From Planctomycetota bacterium (lineage in GTDB: Bacteria; Planctomycetota; UBA8108; SXIK01): a DNA stretch of 64,000 bases. The notes beneath the pieces are model-generated. The model searched no databases. It had not been told where the DNA came from and saw only the letters and a list, made by a program, of their open reading frames with translations. Below, piece after piece: positions 28,039 through 36,706 of this stretch. The position numbers and the translations under genes were made by a program. Location of the stretch: positions 5,664,001 through 5,728,000 of the forward strand of contig OZ244999.1 of NCBI GenBank assembly GCA_965223265.1, given 5' to 3'. Every line of letters begins with the position of its first letter. The stretch's first letter is position 1.

Positions 28039-29370
28039 ATGGCGAGTCGTAGAGCGATAACTGCGTTTCTGGACACGAACGTTCTCCTCCACTATCCGCC
28101 TATCTCGGACGTGAGTTGGACGGACTGGCTCGAATGCGACGAAGTGAAACTTGTTCTCTGCGGCCAGGTTATCGACGAGGTGGATGAAAAGAAAAACCAC
28201 CCGACTCTCTCAAGGCGAGCCAACAGGGTGATTCGGGAGACTCGGCGGCTCCGTCAAGCTGGTGGCACTGTTCGAGACAACGTGACGCTTCACATCCTCG
28301 TGAAACAAGTGTCCAGCGACGATTTGAAAGCTGCGGGGATATCCGATAGCCCGGACGCTCGCATTCGTTATCAGGCGAGGCAGTACATCGATTCAAACCC
28401 TTCAGCGGAAGTGGTCATTGTCAGTGAAGACGGCGGTATGGACGTGCGATGTGACGCCGAAGGGCTCACGTGTGTTCCGCCGGACCTGGAGGCACGTCTT
28501 GAGACTCCCGAATCAGAGCAAGGAAAGAAGATTCGGGCACTTCAGCAAGAAGTTTCCGGACTCAAGCACCGGAGCCCGAAACTCAAGATAGTGTGCGTGT
28601 CAGCAGAAAAGGGGGCTGGAAGGGAGTATCCGGTTCGGTTTCAACTTTCACGCTCGGTGGAGCAGCTCGACCCAGAGTCCGTCGAGAAAGAAAGGCGGTC
28701 CAAGTACAAGCCTATTGCGATTCCAGAGGGTAACGCAGAATCAGCGTTGTCGAGTCTGCAATCAGCCGTTGCCGGTAGGTCTCGGGAACGGGCTGAGGAG
28801 TACAACGAAGAGCTGGAGGAGTACTTTGAGAAAGTAAAGAAGTGGGCAGAACAGACGAACGACGCTCGGGAGTTTTGGGGGCGGTCCTTCTCCTTCGTCA
28901 TGGAAGTCCATAATGAAGGGACGGAGCCAGCCAAGGGCGTTGACATTGACCTGCGACTTCCTCCGCTGGTTTCCTTTGTTCTACACGACGATGAGCATAA
29001 GGGCGTGTTCCCGAGCCTCAGCGAAGAACCGAAGCCACCGAAACCTCCAAAAGCAGATGTCTTCGGCCTGACCGGTTTCCAGCACTCATTGTTGGGAGAA
29101 CCCTTCATGCCGACACTTCCCGATAACCTAATCAAGCCGATTGGATCACCTCAGTCTTGGCTGACAGGTGACAAGGGTAGCGGCTTCGTGGTTCGATTTG
29201 ACATTCCGATGCTGAACCACCATCGGTACGTTACGTTTCCTGAAGTGACCGCCGTCTTCGAGTCTTGGGATGCGGTCGAGTCCTTCGAAGCAAACGTCCT
29301 CATCACGGCCGAGAATATCCCCGAGCGGATCGAGGAGACCATTTCGTTCGTTTTCGACGTGAGCGACTGA
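28039..29370 (+). CDS. PIN-domain protein with coiled coils and a C-terminal beta-rich domain
   Basis: FLDTNVLLH, QVIDEVD, SPDARI and IVSEDGGM motifs; VHNEGTEPAKGVDIDL; GGAGGAG RBS, starting 2 nt after the upstream stop. Confidence 0.88.
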   Translation: MASRRAITAFLDTNVLLHYPPISDVSWTDWLECDEVKLVLCGQVIDEVDEKKNHPTLSRRANRVIRETRRLRQAGGTVRDNVTLHILVKQVSSDDLKAAGISDSPDARIRYQARQYIDSNPSAEVVIVSEDGGMDVRCDAEGLTCVPPDLEARLETPESEQGKKIRALQQEVSGLKHRSPKLKIVCVSAEKGAGREYPVRFQLSRSVEQLDPESVEKERRSKYKPIAIPEGNAESALSSLQSAVAGRSRERAEEYNEELEEYFEKVKKWAEQTNDAREFWGRSFSFVMEVHNEGTEPAKGVDIDLRLPPLVSFVLHDDEHKGVFPSLSEEPKPPKPPKADVFGLTGFQHSLLGEPFMPTLPDNLIKPIGSPQSWLTGDKGSGFVVRFDIPMLNHHRYVTFPEVTAVFESWDAVESFEANVLITAENIPERIEETISFVFDVSD

Positions 29371-29411
29371 TTCGGTTGGCCGGTCCGTAGGAGTGCAGTA
29401 TCCCCAGACGC

Positions 29412-29430
29412 TTGTGCTTCCCTTGTGCTG
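29412..29430 (+). promoter_or_regulatory. Putative integrase arm-type sites (right): TTGTGCT x2, 11-bp period
   Basis: TTGTGC at 29412 and 29423, with the same spacing and orientation as the left pair. Confidence 0.6.
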
Positions 29431-29462
29431 CAGTCCCGGGAAACCCCTTACGCCACAACGGT

Positions 29463-29945
29463 TTAGGGTTGATTTTCCGAGTCCATGGCGTAGAACGGCG
29501 TCTGCTGCGTCACGCCCGTGAAGTAGACCGGAACGACGTTGGGATGGCTCAGCTTGCCGGCGGTCTGCGCTTCGCGCAAAAACCGCGCGCTCGCTCGGGT
29601 GTCCGCCGCGATTCCCGCCGGGAGCACCTTGAGCGCGACGCGCCGGTCCAGCGAGTTCTCCCATGCCTCGTAGACCACCCCCATGCCACCGCGCCCGATC
29701 TGGCGGCGGAGGGTGTAGTCGCCAAGGGTGCCGAGCGGCTCAGGTGAGGCGGCGGCGGCGAAGCAGTCGACGAACCGCTCGAGGCGCTCGAGGATGCTCT
29801 CGCCGTCGATCGGATTCTCGGCCAGCACTTCGACCGGATCGAGGCTCTCCCCCGAGTTGATGCGATCGATGTACTCACCGACCTTTCGGTCGATCTCGGC
29901 GGCAGGGTCGCGCTGAGCATCGCCCGCAGGCTCTCTACCCTTCAT
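29463..29945 (-). pseudogene. N-terminal part (N-lobe) of the interrupted Ser/Thr kinase
   Basis: LGDYTLRRQIGRGGMGVVY, VALKVL, RFLREAQ, HPNVV and PFYAM, then six element-derived codons (DSENQP*). The start overlaps the end of the ECF gene. Confidence 0.92.
29482..29490. repeat. att core (right copy) TCCATGGCG
   Basis: Identical to 15528-15536. Confidence 0.92.
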
Positions 29946-30600
29946 CGTCACCCCCCTCGGTGCTCTCCTCGGTGCTTTCCTCGGTGCCCTCCTGGATGCC
30001 GAAGAGTCGATCCGGAAGGTGGAGGCTCTCGGTCTCACCGAACGTCGCACGCAGTCGGTCGAGTGCGCGAGAGAGGAGTGCGTAGACCGCGCTCTCAGAG
30101 CGCTCCATCTTGGCGGCGATCTCGCGCACCGGCAGGCCGTCGAGGCGGGCGAGTTTCAAGGCCGTCCGCTGGTCATCACTCAGGTTGTTGATGGCCCCCT
30201 CCAGTCGGTCGAAGCGCTCACTGCGGCGCGCGGTCTTGCTGGGGGTCACATCGCTCGCGGCGACCTCACGCGTCAGCCGGATGTCGTCGAGGGACTTTCT
30301 TTGCGACGCACTGCGGATGAGGTGCTCCGCGATGCCGGCAAGCCAGCGGTAGAACGACTCTTCGCCTTGCCAGCGGAACTTTGCGATGGCGACGAAGGCA
30401 CGCGAGACGGATTCCTGGTAGACGTCTTCGGCGTCGAGCGCGGATCGCACACGCTTTCCTAATCTGGACCGAATCTGCCTTAGGAGGCGGTCCTGGTTGC
30501 TCCAGACGAGTTCGTCGAAGGCGGCCCGGTCGCCGTCTCGAGCTCGCGAGGCGAGCTGAGCGGAAGTCTCTTCTTCGTCGTGAGTCATCGTCGTCTTCAT
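29935..30600 (-). CDS. ECF RNA polymerase sigma factor
   Basis: GDRAAFDEL, DAEDVYQE, FYRWLAGIA, TPS linker, and sigma4 LPVREIAAKMERSESAVYALLSRA. Confidence 0.95.
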   Translation of the reverse strand: MKTTMTHDEEETSAQLASRARDGDRAAFDELVWSNQDRLLRQIRSRLGKRVRSALDAEDVYQESVSRAFVAIAKFRWQGEESFYRWLAGIAEHLIRSASQRKSLDDIRLTREVAASDVTPSKTARRSERFDRLEGAINNLSDDQRTALKLARLDGLPVREIAAKMERSESAVYALLSRALDRLRATFGETESLHLPDRLFGIQEGTEESTEESTEGGDDEG

Positions 30601-30907
30601 CTGCCCTGTGAGTTGACGAGACAGGAATCTTCGACGCGAAATCTCGAAAGAATTCCGACGGCCGCGGTGCCATCATGATAACCAAGCGGCGGAGCATGAA
30701 AAACGGCCAGAGCTAGCGCCGGAGTCTTTCACGGTCACCGGCCTCGCCCTCATCGACGCCGAACGTCCAGAGAGCTCGCTCTGCGATTCGATGCAGCCGC
30801 ACACGTCACTCGACCGAAACCGTGCCGCTACCACCGACTCAAAGTGGGCTCGCGCGTACCCTCCACAAGGCCGCTCGCTACCGAGCCGGACGAACTCCCA
30901 CACTGGA

Positions 30908-33900
30908 TCAACGATCTGGCCAAGACTCACGCTCCATGCGGTCGAGGAGTGCCTGCAGCCAGCGGGCGCGCTCCTGCGGCGTCGGCACGACCTCACCGAG
31001 ATCCACGAGCTCAGAGACGCGACGGGCGAACTCTTCAGTCACGCGCTGATCGTCACGTGTCGGGTGGTGGTACTCGGGGTAATGGAGCGCTGAGACATTC
31101 AGGAGCGACTTGAGATGGTGCAGCTCGCTCGGTCGGGTCAACATCTTATCAAGCGCGCGCAGTCGCTCCTCGAGCGGACGCCTCCTGTCCGACGCGATCT
31201 CGAGAATGACACTCTGATAGAGCTCTGGGTCATACTCAGCGAGTTGAGGAAACGGCAGATCGCTCTCTCCGACCTCCAAGAATCGTGCCGCTTCGAAGCG
31301 GCCGAGCTTGCCGTTGTCGTTGACGGTGCGGTAAAGCGCGCCCGCAAACGGTCGTGCAAGATCCGACTCAATGCCCGTATGGATGTCCGGAACCGCAGCA
31401 AACCACCTGGCGGTGACGGACTCTTCCGATCGCGCTCGCTCCGCCACGGTCGGATCGGTGATGTACCAGAGCGTGCGCTCGATCATGAGGTCCGACTCTA
31501 GATAGCTCGCCAGGTGCACGGTAAACGCCAGCGCCGAGACGGTGCGCACGGCAGGACTGGCGTCGGCAAGACCACGCTCGATGAGCGGCTGCGCGCAGCG
31601 CCACGGGATGCGCGTCGAACTGGCGATCGCTTGCGAGCGCACGAGAAAACTGTCGTCGCGCGCGAGCTGTTCGAGTGCGGCGTAGGCCTCGGGGTCGGGA
31701 CGCCAGGTCTCCATGTCCGCGAATGTGTCCCCTTGCAACTGCGTGGGCGTGGGAGCAGGCACGTGTTCGAAGTGGCTGGGGCACTCCCGAGTGCGGTGCG
31801 GTCTTGACGAGGGATGCGTTTGCGTTCGCGTTTGCGTTTGCGTTTGCGTTTGCGTGGGGGTGGGCGTGGGCGTGGGCGTGGGCGTGGGCGTGGGCGACTC
31901 CGACTCTGTCTCCGACTCCGACTCTGTCTCTGTCTCCGACTCCGTCTCCGTCTCTGTCTCCGACTCCGTCTCCGTCTCTGTCTCCGACTCCGACTCTGTC
32001 TCTGTCTCCGACTCCGACTCTGTCTCTGTCTCCGACTCCGACTCTGTCTCTGTCTCCGACTCCGACTCCGACTCTGTCCCATCAGAGATCGGATCAAACC
32101 AAGGCGCCACAATCCTCTGTGGCAGATACCACGCCAGCGCCGCCCGTCCCCATTCGCTGTCGCCGAAGAGACGGCGCGCGGCCTCAACGGTGAGATCGTC
32201 ATCGACCAGCGGCATCGCCAAGGCAACGTCGCGGAGTTCCCCGCTCGCCGCAGCCGTCAAAACACTCTCTCGTTCCTCCGCGCTTGCGTACAGCTCGACG
32301 CGGCGCGCAACCCGCCGTAGGTGGTCGCCGCGGGTCAACTGTTGTGCCAGGTCGAGCATCTCCGACACCTCTCCGGAACCGGCGCGCTCGAGATAGAGCT
32401 CCAGGTGATAGAAACCGCGCTCCGCCTTCCCGTCGGAAATGAGTTGGCAGAGCCCAGCGAGCGCAGCGGCGCGAATTTCCTCTTTGTCCTTATCTCGCGG
32501 CGGATCGACGCGCTCACCGCGCGCCAGTCGCTCGAGTGGCGTGGTGACAACCTCGCGCTGAAAGTCTCGCGTCCACTCCGGCGGCGACGGCGCGTCGGGT
32601 CGTGTGAGCAGCTCCCTCCAAGCCGCATCCGTGAGCCGCGGTTCTGTGGCATTTTGCTCAAACTCTCGGTAGTCGTAGATCGCCCCGCGATAAACCTGCA
32701 GCTCCTCGCTCGGAGCACTCACCATGCTGAGGTCGCGGTAGCCGGTCGATGGGCGGATGACGAAAAGCTCGCGCGCCGGTCCGCTGCCAACCGAGATGCG
32801 AGTGTCCGGCTCTCCCTCGACGCGCACCGTCGCGAACTCGGTCAAAAAGCCCAGCTTGTGCTCATCCCCATAGAGCTCGTCGTGGAACTTGCCCACCGTC
32901 TTCCCATAGACCGCGATGAGGCTGGCCTCGGCGACCGACAGGCGGGCGCGCAGGAGATGCTTCCGCGCGATGACTCCAAGCTTTTCAGCCACGTCACCGA
33001 ACTCCCGCAGTGCCGCAGCGACCCGTCCCAGCTCTGCCTCCGGTGTTCGTTCCTGCTCGCCACGCTGCCGCCCACGACCCACTTCTCCTGCTTGCGAATC
33101 AGCAATCGGTTCCAGCTCAGTCGCGGTCCGCTCGCAGAGGATCGACAGCGCGGCAAAAAAATCGGGGTAGGGCGCGACGCAGCCGATGGGTTTGCGTAGC
33201 GAATGTCCGTAGTAAACCACGACGGTGCGTTTCGACTGCAGCTGGAGCGCGTGCTGCAGGCTCGCCCACGCCGCCATCGTGGTCGCCGTCATCTTCGTCC
33301 GCCATGCACGCGTGCGCGCAAACGGCGGTACGTTCACTGCGGGCGGTTCGAAGAGCGTCGCCAGCACTGCAGTCGCATCGCGGCGCATGCTGGGAAGCCC
33401 GGCGTGCACGAGCGGCGCACCGACGCGTCGTGCGGCTTCGGCATTCTCCGCCAACTCAAACGCACAACGGTTGCCAAGCGCGACGCCAATGTGTAGCGGC
33501 TCGATGCGATGTTGCGCGTGGCCCATGCGCGCTAGGAAGACGGCTTCCCACGAACGCCGCGGCGGCGTCAGGCGGACGCCGCGCCCGAGCTCCGCGAACT
33601 GCTCGAACTCTCGACCGTTCAACAGCTGATCGTTCACTTGAGGCGCCGGAAGCTGTCGCAGTGCCGCGACGAACTGAGGCAACCACGTGTCAAGGCGCGT
33701 CGCCGTAAGCGGCAGCGCTTTGCCGCCCTTCGCGGCCGCAGGCAGTGCTGCAACTGCCTGGATCACGCCGATGTCGTCGGGCGGGCCGGCGAGTGCCGTC
33801 GCCACGGCCTCCAACGCGTGAAACCGCTTTTTCATCATCGGTGAACGATCGGCGGCAAGCGCGAGCAACAGCGCGGCGCGGGAGTCCACGTCGATGTTTA

Positions 33901-34609
33901 GCGCGAAAAGCTGCGAACCGAACCAGCGACTGGAGCGAAAATGGCGCCGAAGTTCTGGGTCATCTGCGTACGGTCCGGCGGGCCGCAGCGCGCCGTAGTC
34001 GAACTCACGCCCAGCACAGAAAAGTTCCGTCTTCGCTATTCTACCGGCGCGAACGCGCAACAGCTCGCGCCGCGCTGTCGCTACTGCAGCATCAGGTAAG
34101 CGAAGCGATTCGAGGTCGGCGCCGTAAAGAGCAAGACCAACACCGAGAAAAGCCTGAAGACGATGGCGCGCGTCGCTCCAATCGCCATCAACCATCATCG
34201 CGCCAACACCACCGAGCAGATCCCGCACGGCCGGCTCGAGGTCGCGTGCCCGCAGCGTTTCACTGAGAACCACGCCGCGCCGCAGCATCAGCAGATAAGT
34301 GTTGAACGCGCTGTCAGTGGTGATGATCGGCGGCAACGCGCGAGGCAGTCGGTAAGGCGTGTGAAGATGCGGGAACCTCTCCGGACCGATCGCAAAGCCA
34401 ACCGCAGCCAGTTGCTGACGCAAACCATCGTCGTGCGGCACGGCATCAATACCGGCGACCTGCTCGAGATCGTACGGCAAGCCAGGATCCGCGACCGCCG
34501 CCGTTTGGACCGTCACCAGAAAGGCAAAGAAAGTTACCACCAAACCGCCTTGCGGCGAAGAGCAAGCCACAGACTCGCGACGGCCTCTGTGCCAATATAG
34601 CTGCGACAT
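30908..34609 (-). CDS. DUF3160-domain protein with low-complexity insert and HEAT-like C-terminus
   Basis: PPIITTDS, DYGALRPAGPY, WRTK..TT.AAWASLQH..QLQSK, CVAPYPDFF and YRGAIYDYREF motifs; N-terminal hydrophobic segment. Confidence 0.8.
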   Translation of the reverse strand: MSQLYWHRGRRESVACSSPQGGLVVTFFAFLVTVQTAAVADPGLPYDLEQVAGIDAVPHDDGLRQQLAAVGFAIGPERFPHLHTPYRLPRALPPIITTDSAFNTYLLMLRRGVVLSETLRARDLEPAVRDLLGGVGAMMVDGDWSDARHRLQAFLGVGLALYGADLESLRLPDAAVATARRELLRVRAGRIAKTELFCAGREFDYGALRPAGPYADDPELRRHFRSSRWFGSQLFALNIDVDSRAALLLALAADRSPMMKKRFHALEAVATALAGPPDDIGVIQAVAALPAAAKGGKALPLTATRLDTWLPQFVAALRQLPAPQVNDQLLNGREFEQFAELGRGVRLTPPRRSWEAVFLARMGHAQHRIEPLHIGVALGNRCAFELAENAEAARRVGAPLVHAGLPSMRRDATAVLATLFEPPAVNVPPFARTRAWRTKMTATTMAAWASLQHALQLQSKRTVVVYYGHSLRKPIGCVAPYPDFFAALSILCERTATELEPIADSQAGEVGRGRQRGEQERTPEAELGRVAAALREFGDVAEKLGVIARKHLLRARLSVAEASLIAVYGKTVGKFHDELYGDEHKLGFLTEFATVRVEGEPDTRISVGSGPARELFVIRPSTGYRDLSMVSAPSEELQVYRGAIYDYREFEQNATEPRLTDAAWRELLTRPDAPSPPEWTRDFQREVVTTPLERLARGERVDPPRDKDKEEIRAAALAGLCQLISDGKAERGFYHLELYLERAGSGEVSEMLDLAQQLTRGDHLRRVARRVELYASAEERESVLTAAASGELRDVALAMPLVDDDLTVEAARRLFGDSEWGRAALAWYLPQRIVAPWFDPISDGTESESESETETESESETETESESETETESESETETETESETETETESETETESESETESESPTPTPTPTPTPTPTQTQTQTQTRTQTHPSSRPHRTRECPSHFEHVPAPTPTQLQGDTFADMETWRPDPEAYAALEQLARDDSFLVRSQAIASSTRIPWRCAQPLIERGLADASPAVRTVSALAFTVHLASYLESDLMIERTLWYITDPTVAERARSEESVTARWFAAVPDIHTGIESDLARPFAGALYRTVNDNGKLGRFEAARFLEVGESDLPFPQLAEYDPELYQSVILEIASDRRRPLEERLRALDKMLTRPSELHHLKSLLNVSALHYPEYHHPTRDDQRVTEEFARRVSELVDLGEVVPTPQERARWLQALLDRMERESWPDR
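31815..32076. repeat. Hexamer-unit tract encoding (ES/ET)n-(PT)n-(QT)n
   Basis: GTTTGC, GTGGGC, GACTCC and GTCTCT units directly visible. Confidence 0.95.
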
Positions 34610-34892
34610 GCTGATATTCTGGCGCCCGCCGGCGCGGTGTCAAACTGGGAGAAGAGAGGTCGGAGCGTTGTGGCAAACAGCTCAGGGATCGTTAGAGGCG
34701 GAGCGCCGTGGGTATGCGAACGGGTGCGCTTGCTTGGCTGTGAAGCTGTAAGTCACAGCCACAACTGCAAGAGAAGGTCGCCCGCAGCGCTCCTTCAAGG
34801 TGGCAGCACCAATGCATTTTTCCCCTTTCCACCTTCGCCCGGTCTCGATAGCATCGCCGGCGTGGATACTACCGAGAAGGAGGCGCAGCGCG

Positions 34893-36266
34893 ATGCCCGA
34901 GAGCGACGATCTACGGAGAGCCCATAGCCATCGACTTCAGAATCGAATTCAGAGTCGGCGCTCGTTTCTGGGTGTCTCGCTCGTCAGCGGTGGGCTTGGC
35001 CTCAGTCTCGCCGATGTATTCCGCCTCCGCGCCGCAGCGGAGGAAAGTCGCGGCGCTTCGGCACCGCAGGATACCGCCGTCATTCAAATCTGGCTTGGCG
35101 GGGGAATCTCGCAGTTCGAGTCATGGGATCCGAAGCCGGACGCACCACGCGGTATTCGCGGTCCCTGGAAGCCGCTCGCGACCAACCTACCGGGTGTTCG
35201 GTTCTGCGAACTCCTACCGCAGCAAGCCCGAATCGCCGACAAGCTCGCGATCATCCGCAGCTGCTATCACACCGACAGCGGTCATGGGCAAGCGACGACA
35301 TTGTGCGTGACCGGCAAGCGCCCCGCGGGACATCCCTCGAACGGATCGATCACCACCAAACTGAAAGGGTCGAACGGATTCGGCGTCCCGGCGTACGTGC
35401 AGCTGAAGGAACCGACGACGGCGAACCCAACGTTCCTCCTCAACTTCAACGCCCACTACCTCGGCGGCGGCTGCGATCCGTTCAACATCGAGGCGGATCC
35501 GGCGGCGCCCAAGTTCCAAGTTCCAAATTTGAAACTCACGTCCGGGTTGACACTCGATCGCTTGGACGCCCGCCACGGGCTGCTCGCGGCATTCGACCGC
35601 TTCAGCCGGTTGACAGAGAGTAGCACAGCCCTTGAGTCGATGGATCACTTCCAGCAGTCGGCGTTTGAACTGCTCACCGCCCCGCGCACCCGCGACGCTT
35701 TCGACCTGACCCGGGAAGACCCCAAGCTGCGCGAACGTTACGGTCTCCATCGCTGGGGACAGAGCGCGCTGCTGGCACGCCGCCTTGTCGAAGCGGGCGT
35801 GACGTTCGTCACCATCAACACCGGGCCAGACTCGATTTACTGGGATATCCATGGCGGTGGCGCCGGAACGGTGACCGACACCATGCAAGACGGCTGCGGA
35901 CGCTTGGACTCGATGGTCTCTACTCTCGTCGAAGACATCCATCAGCGCGGACTCGATCGAAAAGTTCTGCTGCTCGTTTGGGGAGAATTCGGGCGCACAC
36001 CGAAAATCAACGACCGCGTTGGGCGTGACCACTGGCCACAAGTCGCCAGCCTTCTGCTTGCCGGAGGCGGGCTGCGCGTCGGACAGGTCATCGGCTCGTC
36101 AGATGCCATCGGTGGTGTGCCCGCGAGTCGACCGGTGATGCCAGAGGATGTTCTCGCCACCGTTTACCGTCACCTCGGAATTGATCCGCGCACCCACCTC
36201 CACGATCTGGACGGGCGACCGTTCCCAATCCTCGACCGCGGCGAGGTGATCCAGGAACTGCTGTAG
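34893..36266 (+). CDS. DUF1501 protein (Tat-like signal)
   Basis: SRRSFL; GGISQFESWDPKPDAP, LLARRLVEAGV and GEFGRTP..GRDHWP motifs; AAGGAGG RBS. Confidence 0.95.
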   Translation: MPESDDLRRAHSHRLQNRIQSRRSFLGVSLVSGGLGLSLADVFRLRAAAEESRGASAPQDTAVIQIWLGGGISQFESWDPKPDAPRGIRGPWKPLATNLPGVRFCELLPQQARIADKLAIIRSCYHTDSGHGQATTLCVTGKRPAGHPSNGSITTKLKGSNGFGVPAYVQLKEPTTANPTFLLNFNAHYLGGGCDPFNIEADPAAPKFQVPNLKLTSGLTLDRLDARHGLLAAFDRFSRLTESSTALESMDHFQQSAFELLTAPRTRDAFDLTREDPKLRERYGLHRWGQSALLARRLVEAGVTFVTINTGPDSIYWDIHGGGAGTVTDTMQDGCGRLDSMVSTLVEDIHQRGLDRKVLLLVWGEFGRTPKINDRVGRDHWPQVASLLLAGGGLRVGQVIGSSDAIGGVPASRPVMPEDVLATVYRHLGIDPRTHLHDLDGRPFPILDRGEVIQELL

Positions 36267-36396
36267 CAGGGAGCGGCCGATGACCCGAGTGCGTGCGCCA
36301 GGGTCTGGCAAAAGCTCGGACATCCACACACCGACGGCACGTTACGTTGGGGTCAGAGTCAGATGCAGATGCTTAGTGCCGGCACGCACACCTCCG

Positions 36397-36420
36397 GAAC
36401 GGCACACGTGTGCCTGCTAC
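36397..36420 (-). repeat. GTAG-type REP copy (GTAGCAGGCACACGTGTGCCGTTC)
   Basis: Matches the copies at 40268 and 51208; contains a GGCACAC/GTGTGCC dyad. Confidence 0.7.
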
Positions 36421-36436
36421 TTTAGCCGACGCCGAC

Positions 36437-36520
36437 GCCCACGCACTCGCCCACGCACTCGCCCACGCACTCGCCCACGCACTCGCCCACGCACTCGCCC
36501 ACGCACTCGCCCACGCACTC
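36437..36520. repeat. GCCCACGCACTC x7 tandem repeat
   Basis: Directly visible perfect 12-mers. Confidence 0.95.
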
Positions 36521-36706
36521 GCACTCACCCACGGCGCTTGAAGCGCATTCTCTTGCAACAATGGGGTCAGTGTCGAGACGATCTGTGTCTCGGTCTCTCC
36601 CCCGGACCCACCAACAGCGCCCTCCTCGCGCCACCACGCTTCTGTTATGATGCGGGACTGGTTCAAAAGTCTCGCGTCACAGCGCGCCCCACCCGGGAGA
36701 AAAACT

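Larger units (their letters stand above)
15537..29490. mobile_element. 13,954-bp integrative element (tyrosine-integrase island) inserted in the Ser/Thr kinase gene
   Basis: 9-bp direct repeat at both ends, integrase beside the left end, tandem TTGTGC sites at both ends, visibly more AT-rich than the flanks, all recognised cargo on + strand, and split kinase halves on either side. Confidence 0.92.

Noticed and set aside
15537-29490. Complete prophage, ICE, or intron/intein splitting the kinase
   Set aside because: No recognisable capsid, tail, lysis, T4SS, relaxase, RT or intein motifs. The direct-repeat core plus integrase explains the split.
29946-30050. N-terminal extension of track ORF 29463..30050
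   Set aside because: It overlaps the ECF gene; the ATG at 29945 with a GAGGGGGG RBS is the better start.
31498-32396. RS-rich, RL-rich and SD/SV-rich ORFs in the track
   Set aside because: They are alternative frames of the hexamer tract inside the DUF3160 gene.
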